Positions 1-8,710 are shown, counted from the first letter of the stretch. The stretch: DNA of 64,000 nt from an archaeon (GCA_021107855.1 JAIORZ010000011.1:199686-263685); one strand, 5' to 3'. Notes: generated by a model from the letters alone, not told the origin. Made by a program: numbers and translations.

Positions 1-663
1 CATTAGATAGAAACTTCTTTCTTTAGTGGGGTAGTCTTTTTCTTTTTCTGTCATTCCGGCGTCTTCCATAATCTTTACGCATTTATTCTGGCTTCGGATT
101 TCCCAGAATTTTGATTTTATTTTTGAGAATTTCTCTTGTAGTGCGATGTATTCGGTGTCATCTCTTGTTTTGATGAGGTCTTTTATTTCTGTCGCTAGTT
201 CTGATATTTGGTCTTTCAGCTCGTCTTCTTCGCTGATGCCAAGTGCTACGAGGTTGTAGTCTAGGGTGTATAATTTTTCGGTATCTTCCTCTCGTTCTTC
301 GTAGTATTCTCTGTCTCGTCGGAAAAAGGAATGTGCTTCAAAGACTATGTAGAAGTCCTCGGTTTTGAATTTTTTTTCGTATTCTGGTTTGTAATAGTCT
401 CGCTTGTCTTCTTTATCGGTTTTTGTTAGGATGGATTTTATTTCGGTTTCTGTGAATGCTCGTTTGTGGTCTCGGTCGAGGTCTTCGTACATTTTGTTTC
501 TGGTATAGTCTATGTAGACAATTAGTTGTGGTGCGTTTAGTTCTCCTGAGTTGTATTCTGTGATGTATTCATCTATTTCGTTGAAATTTGATTGAAGGGA
601 TGCGGAAGTTAGAGGGAAGATTATTGTTAATGCTAAAAGTAGGGTCACCAATTCTTTTTTCAT
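1..663 (-). CDS. hypothetical secreted protein; C-terminal part runs off the window
   Basis: My translation of the minus strand from ATG (663..661) gives MKKELVTLLLALTIIFPLTSASLQSNFNEIDEY..., a signal-peptide-like N-terminus. The frame stays open for all 221 codons to position 1. It is absent from the ORF track because it is truncated. Confidence 0.55.
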   Translation of the reverse strand, partial: MKKELVTLLLALTIIFPLTSASLQSNFNEIDEYITEYNSGELNAPQLIVYIDYTRNKMYEDLDRDHKRAFTETEIKSILTKTDKEDKRDYYKPEYEKKFKTEDFYIVFEAHSFFRRDREYYEEREEDTEKLYTLDYNLVALGISEEDELKDQISELATEIKDLIKTRDDTEYIALQEKFSKIKSKFWEIRSQNKCVKIMEDAGMTEKEKDYPTKERSFYLM

Positions 664-707
664 TGGTTATTGTTGGGACTTGGGGTTTATATAGTTTTTT
701 CGTCGGG

Positions 708-3572
708 CTATATCTTCAAAGATATTATTTTTGAAATATTTTCTTGCATAGATACGCCGTAGATATTTGAGGCTTCGGAGATTAGGGTGTCGTTGTGGGT
801 GATGATGATGTATTGTCCTGTTGTCATGTATTTTTTGATTAGGGCAGATAGGAGTTCGGAGTTGTGTTTGTCTAGGGCGGCGTCTATTTCGTCGAATACG
901 TAGAAGCAGTAGGGTCGGTATTCTTGGATTGCGAAGATTAGGGAGAGTGCTACGAGGGTTTTTTCTCCGCCGGAGAGGGACGTGATGTCGAAATATCGTC
1001 CTCGGGATACTTTTACTAGGATGCTTAGTCCGCCGCTGAATGGGTCGGATTTGTTTTCTAGTTCTAAAGTGACCTCGCCTTTTCTTGAGAGTTGTGTGAA
1101 GTTTCGTGTGAAATATTGGTTTATTGCGTTTAGAGTTATTAGGAAAGATTTCTTTTTCTTTTTGTCTATTTCGGATATTATTTTTTCTATCTTTTCTTTT
1201 TCTTTAGAGATTATTATGACTTTTTCTTCTATTAATTCTACTTGTTTGCTTACTTCTTCGAAGACTTCTAGGGCTCGGAGGTTTACGTTTCCTAGGCGAG
1301 AGAGTCTGAATTGGGATTTTTGGAGACGTTCTTTGATTTGTTCGACTGGTAGGGCTAGGGTTTCGACTTGGTGGAATTCTGTTAGTTCGGATTTTAGAGA
1401 ATCTATTTGAGCTGAGGTTTGGGCTCGTTGTATTTTGAAGTAGTTGATTTTATCTTCGAGGTTTTTAATTGTGTGTTGGAGTCCGATGATGTCGGTTTCT
1501 AAAACTTTTTGTTGGTCTTGCAAATGGTTTCTTTCGTCGAAGAATTTTTGAGCTTTTTCGTAGAGTTTTTGTTCTTCAATTTCTTTTTTGATGGCTTCTT
1601 TATCTTTTTCGGTTATTCGTACTTCTATTTTTTTCAGTTCGATTTGGGAGTCTTCCATGTCTCTTGTGATTGATTTTATTTCTACTGAGAGACGGTTTAT
1701 TTCTCGTTGTTTGACTGTTATCTCGGTGTCTATGTCCATGTCTGCGAATGATATTTCTTGGAGGGAGAGTCTTGTTTCGTCGTATTTCTCTTCGATGTGG
1801 GCGAGTTTTTGGTATTCAGATTTTATTTTATGAAGTTGTTCGTTTGTTGAGGATAGTTCTTTTTTGGTTTCATCTTGATTGTTGGATATTTTTTTGATTT
1901 GTTCTTTTTTCTCATCTGAATTTTTTAGTTTGATTAGGTCGATACTGAGTTCGTTTGATTTTAGCTGGAGTTGTCCGAGTCTTTCTTTGAGGTGGTTTAT
2001 TTCTGTGGTGTTTTTGGTTTTTTCTATGAGGTTTTTTTGTATTTCTGAAGAGGCAGAGTTTATTTTGCCGTTTGCTGTTGTTGAAATTTTGTGTTTGTGT
2101 TTTTCGCCGACGTCTTGTTTGCATATTGGACAGGATTTTAGTTGTACTATGTCGGATTTTAACTTGTCTTCTCGTTTTACATCCATTTCCAATATAGCGT
2201 TTCTCTTTTCTTTCTCTAGGATTTCTTTCTCTAGAGAGGAGATTTTTTCTATTATATTTTTTAGTTTTTCTTCGGTTTCTAATTTTAGTTGTTCGTTTTC
2301 TGGGATTGATTTTGTGTATTTGATTTCTTGAAAAAGAGAGGTTATTGTTTGTTCGATTAATTGGACTTCTTTTTGAGATTCGATTAGGAATTTTTCTTTT
2401 GAGGTTTTTTGGTTTTCGAGTGTTGAAAGGTCGGATTTTAGCATGTAGAATTTTCTTCGTTGTTTTTCTAGGATATCGAATTTTTCTTGGAGGATTTTTT
2501 GCTGTTCTTGTTGTTTTTTTATCTCGGGGGATGCGGTTTGTATTTTTGATATTTCGAGTTCTAGTTTTTCTGTTTTTTCTTTTAGATGTGATGTTTTTTC
2601 TTGTCCTTGGGTGAGTCTGTTGTCGAAGTTTTCACGTCGCACGTCTAATCCTGCCAGCTCGGCTTTTAGGTCAGATATTTCTCTGTGTAAAGTTTCTTGT
2701 TCGTTGGAGGTTGAGGATTGGATTTGTTTGTTCGTTATTAGAATTTTGTTTTGGAATTCTTCGACTTTGAAGTTTTTTTCGGTTATTCGTTTTTTCAGTT
2801 TTTCTATTTGTTCGTTGTGTTCTGATATTGTTTTTTCAGTTTTTTCGATTTCTGTTTCTTTGAGGTTTTTTGTTTTAGATAGGAGGGTTTTTTTGCATCG
2901 CTTTATTGTGGTTTCTAATTTTTGATAAGAGACCGCCTCTTCTCGTTCTCTGTTTAAATTTTTTAAGTAAGAGGTTCTTTCTTTTAGGACGGAGGATACT
3001 TCTTTCAGTTTCTCTTCGGTTTTTGTGAGTTCTTTCAGGGATTTTTGTTTTCTTGTTTCGTAGACTGAGATTCCTGCGACTTCTTCGATTATTTTTCGTC
3101 GTTCTTCTGGGGTTGCTTTTACTAAGGATTGAATTTCTCCTTGGAGTACTATATTGAATCCGTTTGGGTCGACGCCGGCTTGGGCTAAAAGTTCTAGAAT
3201 TTCTTGACGGGTTTTTGTTTTGTTGTTGATTTTGTAAATGGATTGACCGGTTTTTCTTACGATTCTTTTAACTGTGACTTCTTTGTCGTCGATTGCGAAG
3301 GTTTTGTCTGCGTTGCAGAAGGTTAGGGTGACGGATGCTTCTTGGGAGCCTTTGTATATTTTGTTTCCGGAGAAGATGAGGTTCGCGGCTTTTGCGGCTC
3401 TTATGCTTTTGATGCTTAATCTTCCTAGTACGAAGCAGAGTGCGTCGGTGATGTTTGATTTTCCGGAGCCGTTTGGTCCGACGATGATGTTCATTGAGTT
3501 GTCTAGGGGGATTTCGGTTTTTTGGGCGAAGGACTTGAATCCTTTGAATATCATCCTCTTTATATGTGTCAT
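708..3572 (-). CDS. smc: SMC-family chromosome segregation ATPase, hinge-less, with central CxxC hook-like motif
   Basis: 954 aa. Heads are SMC-type: FKGFKSF, Walker A GPNGSGKSN, NIVLQGEI..PEERR, signature LSGGEKT, Walker B FYVFDEIDAALD. A long K/E/Q coiled coil lies between them. No globular hinge is visible; CPIC sits at residues 481-484 (nt 2121..2132), the midpoint. Confidence 0.85.
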   Translation of the reverse strand: MTHIKRMIFKGFKSFAQKTEIPLDNSMNIIVGPNGSGKSNITDALCFVLGRLSIKSIRAAKAANLIFSGNKIYKGSQEASVTLTFCNADKTFAIDDKEVTVKRIVRKTGQSIYKINNKTKTRQEILELLAQAGVDPNGFNIVLQGEIQSLVKATPEERRKIIEEVAGISVYETRKQKSLKELTKTEEKLKEVSSVLKERTSYLKNLNREREEAVSYQKLETTIKRCKKTLLSKTKNLKETEIEKTEKTISEHNEQIEKLKKRITEKNFKVEEFQNKILITNKQIQSSTSNEQETLHREISDLKAELAGLDVRRENFDNRLTQGQEKTSHLKEKTEKLELEISKIQTASPEIKKQQEQQKILQEKFDILEKQRRKFYMLKSDLSTLENQKTSKEKFLIESQKEVQLIEQTITSLFQEIKYTKSIPENEQLKLETEEKLKNIIEKISSLEKEILEKEKRNAILEMDVKREDKLKSDIVQLKSCPICKQDVGEKHKHKISTTANGKINSASSEIQKNLIEKTKNTTEINHLKERLGQLQLKSNELSIDLIKLKNSDEKKEQIKKISNNQDETKKELSSTNEQLHKIKSEYQKLAHIEEKYDETRLSLQEISFADMDIDTEITVKQREINRLSVEIKSITRDMEDSQIELKKIEVRITEKDKEAIKKEIEEQKLYEKAQKFFDERNHLQDQQKVLETDIIGLQHTIKNLEDKINYFKIQRAQTSAQIDSLKSELTEFHQVETLALPVEQIKERLQKSQFRLSRLGNVNLRALEVFEEVSKQVELIEEKVIIISKEKEKIEKIISEIDKKKKKSFLITLNAINQYFTRNFTQLSRKGEVTLELENKSDPFSGGLSILVKVSRGRYFDITSLSGGEKTLVALSLIFAIQEYRPYCFYVFDEIDAALDKHNSELLSALIKKYMTTGQYIIITHNDTLISEASNIYGVSMQENISKIISLKI

Positions 3573-3612
3573 GGGATGAAAGAGGGATGTGTTGTATATA
3601 AAGATTATTGGT

Positions 3613-4272
3613 TCAAAAGAGCTTTTTTTGGATGGGGTCTTTTGCTTTGATTAGTTTTTTGACTGTGTTCCAGGAGAAGCGGATTATGGGAGCGTATTTT
3701 TTGTCGTCGAAGTTTTCTTGAATGAATTCTTTTGTTTTTGGGTCAGCGGGGTAGCCTGAACCGAAGTCTATTTTGAGTTGGAGTTTTAGTTTGTAAATTT
3801 CCTCTTCTCTTTTTTCTTTTGCTAGAATTGAGGCGGCGGATACGATTGGGTGGTTTGCGTCTGCTTTGTGTTCGCATTGGAGGATTATGTTTTTGGGTTT
3901 GTTTAGGAGTTTTTGAACGTCGTTTGACCAGGCTTGGATGTTTACGGAGGGGCAGTCTACGATTGCCGTTGTTTTTCCCTTTAAGTTTTTTGTTAGGTGG
4001 TTGATGATGTTGGCGGTTTTTATTGCTTCGAGGTAGTTTAGGTTTGAGGAGCTGTCTATTTCTTTTGGGGAGGAGGTTTCGATGTGGTGTGTGAATTGTG
4101 GTCTTATTTTTTCGGCGATTGTTCTTCTTTGGAGTGGGGTTAGTAATTTTGAGTCTTTTGCGTTCCAGGATTTTAGGATTTTTTCGTTTTTTGGATCTGT
4201 GATTATACCCGCTAGTATCATTGGTCCGAGGACTGGGCCTCTTCCTGCGTCGTCGATTCCTATGAGTTTCAT
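3613..4272 (-). CDS. rnhB: ribonuclease HII
   Basis: 219 aa with N-terminal GIDDAGRGPVLGPM catalytic motif and overall RNase HII layout. Confidence 0.85.
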   Translation of the reverse strand: MKLIGIDDAGRGPVLGPMILAGIITDPKNEKILKSWNAKDSKLLTPLQRRTIAEKIRPQFTHHIETSSPKEIDSSSNLNYLEAIKTANIINHLTKNLKGKTTAIVDCPSVNIQAWSNDVQKLLNKPKNIILQCEHKADANHPIVSAASILAKEKREEEIYKLKLQLKIDFGSGYPADPKTKEFIQENFDDKKYAPIIRFSWNTVKKLIKAKDPIQKKLF

Positions 4273-4324
4273 AGGATTATAATATTAGTTAGATTTAAAA
4301 GTCTTGAGTTTAGTTTATTTATAT

Positions 4325-4400
4325 AGCGGGGTGGAGCAGTCTGGTCAGCTCGTGAGGCCCATAACCTCAAGGTCACGTGGTTCAAATCCCGTCTCCGCTA
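4325..4400 (+). tRNA. tRNA-Met (CAU), probably initiator
   Basis: Cloverleaf folded by hand: acceptor AGCGGGG/CTCCGCT with A1:U72 (archaeal initiator hallmark), D arm GAGC..GCTC, anticodon stem TGAGG/CCTCA, loop CCCATAA. The T arm has one extra nucleotide (ACGTGG vs CCCGT). No encoded CCA. Confidence 0.8.
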
Positions 4401-4457
4401 TTTTGTTTTTGGACGTGATTTGAACAAGTTCAAAACCCTGCTCGCAATTCACACTAA

Positions 4458-4492
4458 AATTTTGTCTTATAATTGAATAATCAGACAAAATT
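4458..4492. other. 10-bp A/T-rich hairpin downstream of tRNA-Met
   Basis: AATTTTGTCT (4458..4467) pairs perfectly with AGACAAAATT (4483..4492) around a 15-nt loop. Confidence 0.5.
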
Positions 4493-4571
4493 CGCGCAAA
4501 TTGTTCGTCCGCTATGTTGTTTTCTGTTTATATGCATAATTTTATAATCCCATTTGGTTGCTTATTTTTAT

Positions 4572-4656
4572 GTGGGGATGCCGGAGTGGCCAAACGGGCT
4601 GGACTTAAGATCCAGTGGCATCTTTGCCTACGGGGGTTCGAATCCTCCTCCCCACA
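4572..4656 (+). tRNA. tRNA-Leu (UAA)
   Basis: Acceptor GTGGGGA/TCCCCAC, anticodon stem CTGGA/TCCAG with loop CTTAAGA, long variable arm, T loop TTCGAAT. TATA-like TTTTATAAT lies about 25-30 nt upstream. Confidence 0.9.
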
Positions 4657-4708
4657 TTGTTAAGGGCGTTAGGGGTAGCTTTTTATAGGGAGAATTGCCT
4701 GATGTTTT

Positions 4709-5341
4709 ATGAAGAAAAGTATTAAATTGAAATTGTGGAGTTTTTTTTGGGTATTTGTAATTGTGTTTTTGTTTGTGCTGTTTTCGTATTTTATTCAGAC
4801 GAAGATGGGGTTTTTTGAGGGCTTGATTGTGGGGAGTTGGGTTGGAATGGTGGTTTATGTTTTGTTGAAAATTGTTGCTACGGTTTTTGCTCCGATTACG
4901 GTTTTGCCTTTGATTGTTTTGGCTACTGGTTTGTGGGGGGTTTGGGTGGCTGCGCTTTTGACTATAATAGGGTGGACGCTTGGGAGTGCTATTGCTTTTG
5001 GGTTGGCTAGAAAGTTTGGGGTTCCGATTGTTAAGCGGTTTATTTCTTTGGATGAGATTTATGAGTTTCAGGAGAGGGTTAATATCGGGAATGGTTTTTG
5101 GAGTGTTATTTTTTTGAGGATGATTGTTCCTGTCGATGTTTTGAGTTATGCCTTGGGCTTGTTTAGTAAGATTGGTTTTTGGACGTATGTTTTGGCGACT
5201 GTTATCGGTGTCATCCCGTTTGCTTTTGCTTTTGCTTATTTGGGTGAGGTGCATTATGTTTATCAAATTGTTTTAGGGCTTGTTTTTTTGATTGGGTTTT
5301 CAGGGTATTTGATTTTTAAGGAAGTTTTTCAGAAGAAGTGA
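4709..5341 (+). CDS. TVP38/TMEM64 (DedA-related) family membrane protein
   Basis: 210 aa, polytopic. The GWTLGSAIAFGLARKFG ... RMIVPVDVLSYALGL pattern resembles the VTT/SNARE-associated domain. Confidence 0.65.
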   Translation: MKKSIKLKLWSFFWVFVIVFLFVLFSYFIQTKMGFFEGLIVGSWVGMVVYVLLKIVATVFAPITVLPLIVLATGLWGVWVAALLTIIGWTLGSAIAFGLARKFGVPIVKRFISLDEIYEFQERVNIGNGFWSVIFLRMIVPVDVLSYALGLFSKIGFWTYVLATVIGVIPFAFAFAYLGEVHYVYQIVLGLVFLIGFSGYLIFKEVFQKK

Positions 5342-5383
5342 TTCCTAAGATTTATTAATGGATTAAATCATTCTTTTTTGTGT

Positions 5384-5538
5384 GCCTTCGTAGCTCAGGT
5401 GATAGAGCGCTTCACTCGTAATAGGCTCCCTCTTTTAGAAAAAGAGGTTCCCTGGAATCAGAAAACTTAGTTTCCAAAACTACGTTTTGATTTTAACGAG
5501 ACATGAAGAGGTCGCGGGTTTGACTCCCGTCGGAGGCT
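5384..5538 (+). tRNA. tRNA-Thr (CGU) with 82-nt intron at 37/38 (intron 5421..5502)
   Basis: Exons fold into a cloverleaf: acceptor GCCTTCG/CGGAGGC, anticodon stem CTTCA/TGAAG, loop CTCGTA|A, T arm GCGGG-TTTGACT-CCCGT. Intron 3' end ACGAG pairs with anticodon-loop CTCGT, giving a BHB-like helix. Confidence 0.85.
5422..5493 (+). repeat. 72-nt repeat element, copy 1 (inside the tRNA-Thr intron)
   Basis: TAGGCTCCCTCTTTTAGAAAAAGAGGTTCCCTGGAATCAGAAAACTTAGTTTCCAAAACTACGTTTTGATTT differs at one position from 21071..21142. Contains hairpins CTCTTTT-AGA-AAAAGAG and AAAAC-TAC-GTTTT. Confidence 0.85.
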
Positions 5539-5548
5539 TTAGGTGAAA

Positions 5549-5719
5549 TTATTTAGAAATTTTTTCCTTCAAATCTTCTCTGTGTTCTTTCTGGCAGGAT
5601 GAGCAAATATAAATCTTTTTTGAAGTTTCACCTTCTCCCGTTTTTATGACCGTGCCTACGATTTTGTCTAGGAATGTGGTTGTGATTTCTTTTTTGCAGA
5701 GTTGGCATTTGTGTGTCAT
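5549..5719 (-). CDS. small zinc-ribbon protein (56 aa)
   Basis: My translation: MTHKCQLCKKEITTTFLDKIVGTVIKTGEGETSKKIYICSSCQKEHREDLKEKISK, with two CxxC pairs. Below the ORF-track size cut-off. Codon style matches other minus-strand genes. Confidence 0.5.
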   Translation of the reverse strand: MTHKCQLCKKEITTTFLDKIVGTVIKTGEGETSKKIYICSSCQKEHREDLKEKISK

Positions 5720-5724
5720 GATAT

Positions 5725-5985
5725 ATGGAATTTAGTAAGATTTATAAGATATGTGGTTGTCTTATTAATATGAAGAAGGGATATGGGAGTTTTGTTTTGG
5801 TCGTTCTGGTTGGGTTAATTATGGCGTTGATTGTTTTGATGAAGCTTTTTTTCAAGCTTGATATTGATAGTGATTGGTTTTGGTTTTTGGCTGGGGTTGG
5901 GCTGATGTTTGAGGGTGTGATTTCCTATAGGCGTCAAAAAAGGATTAATAATAAGTATAAGGTTGTGGAGAGAGGAGCCAGGTGA
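5725..5985 (+). CDS. small membrane protein
   Basis: 86 aa with two hydrophobic helices. The start could also be the internal ATG (MKKGYGSF...). Confidence 0.5.
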   Translation: MEFSKIYKICGCLINMKKGYGSFVLVVLVGLIMALIVLMKLFFKLDIDSDWFWFLAGVGLMFEGVISYRRQKRINNKYKVVERGAR

Positions 5986-6071
5986 TTTTGGGCAAAGCTT
6001 AAAAGTAGAAATTTCTAAGATGTAAAATGGAAGTAGGTCGGTTTAACCTTCATACATTCCCGTAAACGAAA

Positions 6072-6275
6072 ATGGAGGGATTTGATTTAACGCGGTATCA
6101 GGAGGATGATGGTGAGCAGGCGAAGATTGCTAAGATTATGGGGAAGATGTTGTCGGGGCGGAGTGATTATGAGGCTGTTATTGAGAAGCGGGATGAGAAG
6201 GTGAAGAAGTGTGGGTGTGGTTGGCCGATTGATGCTGGGGCGAAGTTTTGTTGTGAGTGTGGGGCGAAGTGTTGA
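6072..6275 (+). CDS. small zinc-ribbon domain protein
   Basis: 67 aa; C-terminal CGCGWPIDAGAKFCCECGAKC; G/T-rich codon style typical of plus-strand genes. Confidence 0.55.
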   Translation: MEGFDLTRYQEDDGEQAKIAKIMGKMLSGRSDYEAVIEKRDEKVKKCGCGWPIDAGAKFCCECGAKC

Positions 6276-6317
6276 TTTTTAAGTTAGATTTAAAACTTGA
6301 GATTTGTTTTGATTTTT

Positions 6318-8039
6318 ATGAAGTTAGCGATTATTGATAGGGAAAAGTGTAAGCCGTCCGTTTGTGGTCGGGAGTGTAAGAAATATTGTCCGGTTGAGAA
6401 GCAGGAGGTGGATAGTTGTGTTATGATTGGGGAGAAATGTTTGATTGATGAGCATGCTTGTGTAGGGTGTAGTATTTGTGTGAAGCGGTGTCCGTTTGGG
6501 GCGATTAATGTTGTGAATTTGCCGTCGGTGTCGGAGAAAGATATTGTGCATCGGTATGGTGAGAATGGGTTTGCGCTTTATGGGTTACCGATTCCGAAAG
6601 AGGGGAGCGTTCTTGGTTTGCTTGGGAGAAATGGGATTGGGAAGAGCACGGCGGTTAGTATTTTAGCTGGGAATGAGAAAATGAATTTGGGGCGGAATGT
6701 GGCGAGTGAAGAAGATGTTAAGGAATTTTTTAAGGGGAATGAAATTTTGAGATATTTTGAGGGGCTTGGGGGCAAAAAGGTTTCTTATAAACCGCAGAAT
6801 TTGTCTAGTCTGGCGATTGATGTTGGAGTGATGGAGTTGTTGTTGAAGCGAGGTTCGGAAGATAAGATTAAAGAGTTGGCTGAAGTTTTGGGGGTTGGTC
6901 AGGTTTTGGGGAATAAGATGGATAAGTTGAGTGGCGGTGAGTTACAGAGGATTGCGATTTTGGCGGCTAGTTTGGGTGAGAGTGATATCTATTTTTTTGA
7001 TGAGCCTTTGGCGTTTTTGGATATTGGGGAGAGGTTGAGGGTTTCGGATTTTTTAAGGGAGTTGTCTAAGAACAAGACGTTGATTGTTGTTGAGCATGAT
7101 TTGTTGATTTTGGATTATTTGACTGATTATGTGAATGTGTTTTTTGGTGGGCAGGGGGCGTTTGGTTTGGTGAGTGGGGTTAAGAGTTCGAAGGTCGGGG
7201 TTAATGCTTATTTGGATGGGTTTTTGAAAGAGGAGAATATGAGGATTCGGGATAAAGCGTTGCGGTTTGATTTTACGCGGAATGCTTTGATGAGTGGTTT
7301 GAAAATTGCGGAGTGGCCGAATTTTAGTTTGGAGTTTGACAGTGGGTTTAAATTAGATGTTAAAGGTGGAAAAATTCATGAGAATCATGTTATTGGGGTT
7401 TTGGGGAAGAATGGGACGGGGAAGACGAGTTTTGTTAAAGCTTTGGCGGGGGAGTTGGAGACGGATAAGGGTAAGTTAGATTTGAAACTAGACATTTCGT
7501 ATAAGGAGCAGTATTTGTTTTCGGAGAGCGAAGGGTTGGTTAGGGATGTTTGTTTTAAGGAGAAGATTAGTAAGAGGTTGAAGAGTACTTTTAATTTGGG
7601 AGTTTTGGAAGGGAAGCAGATTAAGAATTTGTCTGGTGGGGAGTTGCAGAGGTTTTCGGTTGCTCGGTGTTTGGCGAAGGATGCGGATGTTTATTTGATT
7701 GATGAGCCTAGTGCTTATTTGGATGTTGAGGAGAGGATTTCGGTCGCGAAGGCGATTAAGGATATCATGGTTGAGAGGGGGAAGACGGCGTTTGTTGTTG
7801 ACCATGATTTGTTGGTTGTTTCGTATTTGGCGGATTCGATTATTAATTTTGATGGCGAGGGTGGGGTTAAGGGAGAGGCTGGTGAGGTTGTGGAGTTTGA
7901 GGAGGGCGTTTCTAATCTTTTGAAGAGTTTGGATGTTACGTTGAGGAAGGATAAGGAGAGTGGGAGGCCGAGGATTAATAAGAGAGGGAGCGTTTTAGAT
8001 AGGGAGCAGAAGGCGAAAGGGAAGTGGGCTGTTTTTTAG
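6318..8039 (+). CDS. abce1: ABCE1 / RNase L inhibitor-type ribosome recycling ATPase
   Basis: N-terminal 2x[4Fe-4S] ferredoxin Cys clusters (CKKYCP, CVGCSICVKRCP) and two ABC cassettes (GRNGIGKST, GKNGTGKTS; two LSGGELQR). The ORF track starts at a TTG; the ATG at 6318 (MKLAIIDREKC) is the likely start. Confidence 0.92.
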   Translation: MKLAIIDREKCKPSVCGRECKKYCPVEKQEVDSCVMIGEKCLIDEHACVGCSICVKRCPFGAINVVNLPSVSEKDIVHRYGENGFALYGLPIPKEGSVLGLLGRNGIGKSTAVSILAGNEKMNLGRNVASEEDVKEFFKGNEILRYFEGLGGKKVSYKPQNLSSLAIDVGVMELLLKRGSEDKIKELAEVLGVGQVLGNKMDKLSGGELQRIAILAASLGESDIYFFDEPLAFLDIGERLRVSDFLRELSKNKTLIVVEHDLLILDYLTDYVNVFFGGQGAFGLVSGVKSSKVGVNAYLDGFLKEENMRIRDKALRFDFTRNALMSGLKIAEWPNFSLEFDSGFKLDVKGGKIHENHVIGVLGKNGTGKTSFVKALAGELETDKGKLDLKLDISYKEQYLFSESEGLVRDVCFKEKISKRLKSTFNLGVLEGKQIKNLSGGELQRFSVARCLAKDADVYLIDEPSAYLDVEERISVAKAIKDIMVERGKTAFVVDHDLLVVSYLADSIINFDGEGGVKGEAGEVVEFEEGVSNLLKSLDVTLRKDKESGRPRINKRGSVLDREQKAKGKWAVF

Positions 8040-8078
8040 TATATAAATTTTTATAAGGATTATTTGTTGTTGTTGCTG

Positions 8079-8417
8079 ATGGGCTTGGTTGAGAAATTGA
8101 TTTGTAATAGTAGTGTTGTTTTCAGCAGAGAGCGTTATGATGATGGGACGCCGGAAGAGCCGGATGTTATTATTGATAATGTTTGGGCTGAGGTTATTGG
8201 TTGTTATGGTTTTACTGGACAGTTTGCTTTAGATATCGTTGTTTATTTGAATAAGGGAAATGATAAGGAGATTTGGGCTGATAGTTGTGAAGAGTTGTAT
8301 AGAATGCCTTTTGTTGAGGATTTAGATATTTTGGAAACTTTGCTTAAGGAAGCTCAGAAGCAATCTCATGTTGTTGCTAGGGAGAGAGGCAAGCCTTATT
8401 CTGATTATGATTTCTAA
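8079..8417 (+). CDS. hypothetical protein
   Basis: ATG about 25 nt after TATA-like TTTTTATAAGG; acidic 112-aa product; no recognisable motif. Confidence 0.5.
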   Translation: MGLVEKLICNSSVVFSRERYDDGTPEEPDVIIDNVWAEVIGCYGFTGQFALDIVVYLNKGNDKEIWADSCEELYRMPFVEDLDILETLLKEAQKQSHVVARERGKPYSDYDF

Positions 8418-8470
8418 AATTTAATAAACGATGAGGAAGGTTTTTTATAATAGGTTTGTCTTGTTATTTA

Positions 8471-8671
8471 ATGGAGATAAGTAAATGGAATCATTTAATT
8501 GATATTTTGCTTTTAATTAGTTTCGTTATTGTTGCTGTTACGGGGGTCCTATTGTTACTGGACATAAAGGGGGTTTTTATTTTTAGGTCTCATGGTCTTT
8601 CTGGAATTGTAAGTATTGGGCTTGTTCTCGTCCATGTTGTTTTACACAAGAGAGAGCTGTTGGCGAAGTAG
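8471..8671 (+). CDS. small membrane protein
   Basis: Two predicted TM helices (ILLLISFVIVAVTGVLLLL; GIVSIGLVLVHVVL). First ATG in the ORF is at 8471. Confidence 0.5.
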   Translation: MEISKWNHLIDILLLISFVIVAVTGVLLLLDIKGVFIFRSHGLSGIVSIGLVLVHVVLHKRELLAK

Positions 8672-8710
8672 AACATAAAGTTTAATAAATTACGATTTTT
8701 ATTTTATATT

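Noticed and set aside
982-3579. Series of 60-150-aa plus-strand ORFs inside the smc gene. Analogous F/S/L/C-rich plus-strand ORFs lie inside ileS, korA and acs.
   Set aside because: They are shadow ORFs opposite long conserved minus-strand genes, with F/S/L/C/R-rich low-complexity products and mostly non-ATG starts.
5422-5493. Possibility that the 72-nt repeat is a C/D-box sRNA, as in some archaeal tRNA-Trp introns, or a MITE.
   Set aside because: I found no RUGAUGA C box or properly placed CUGA D box in either orientation. I also found no terminal inverted repeats or target-site duplications. It is left as an unclassified element.
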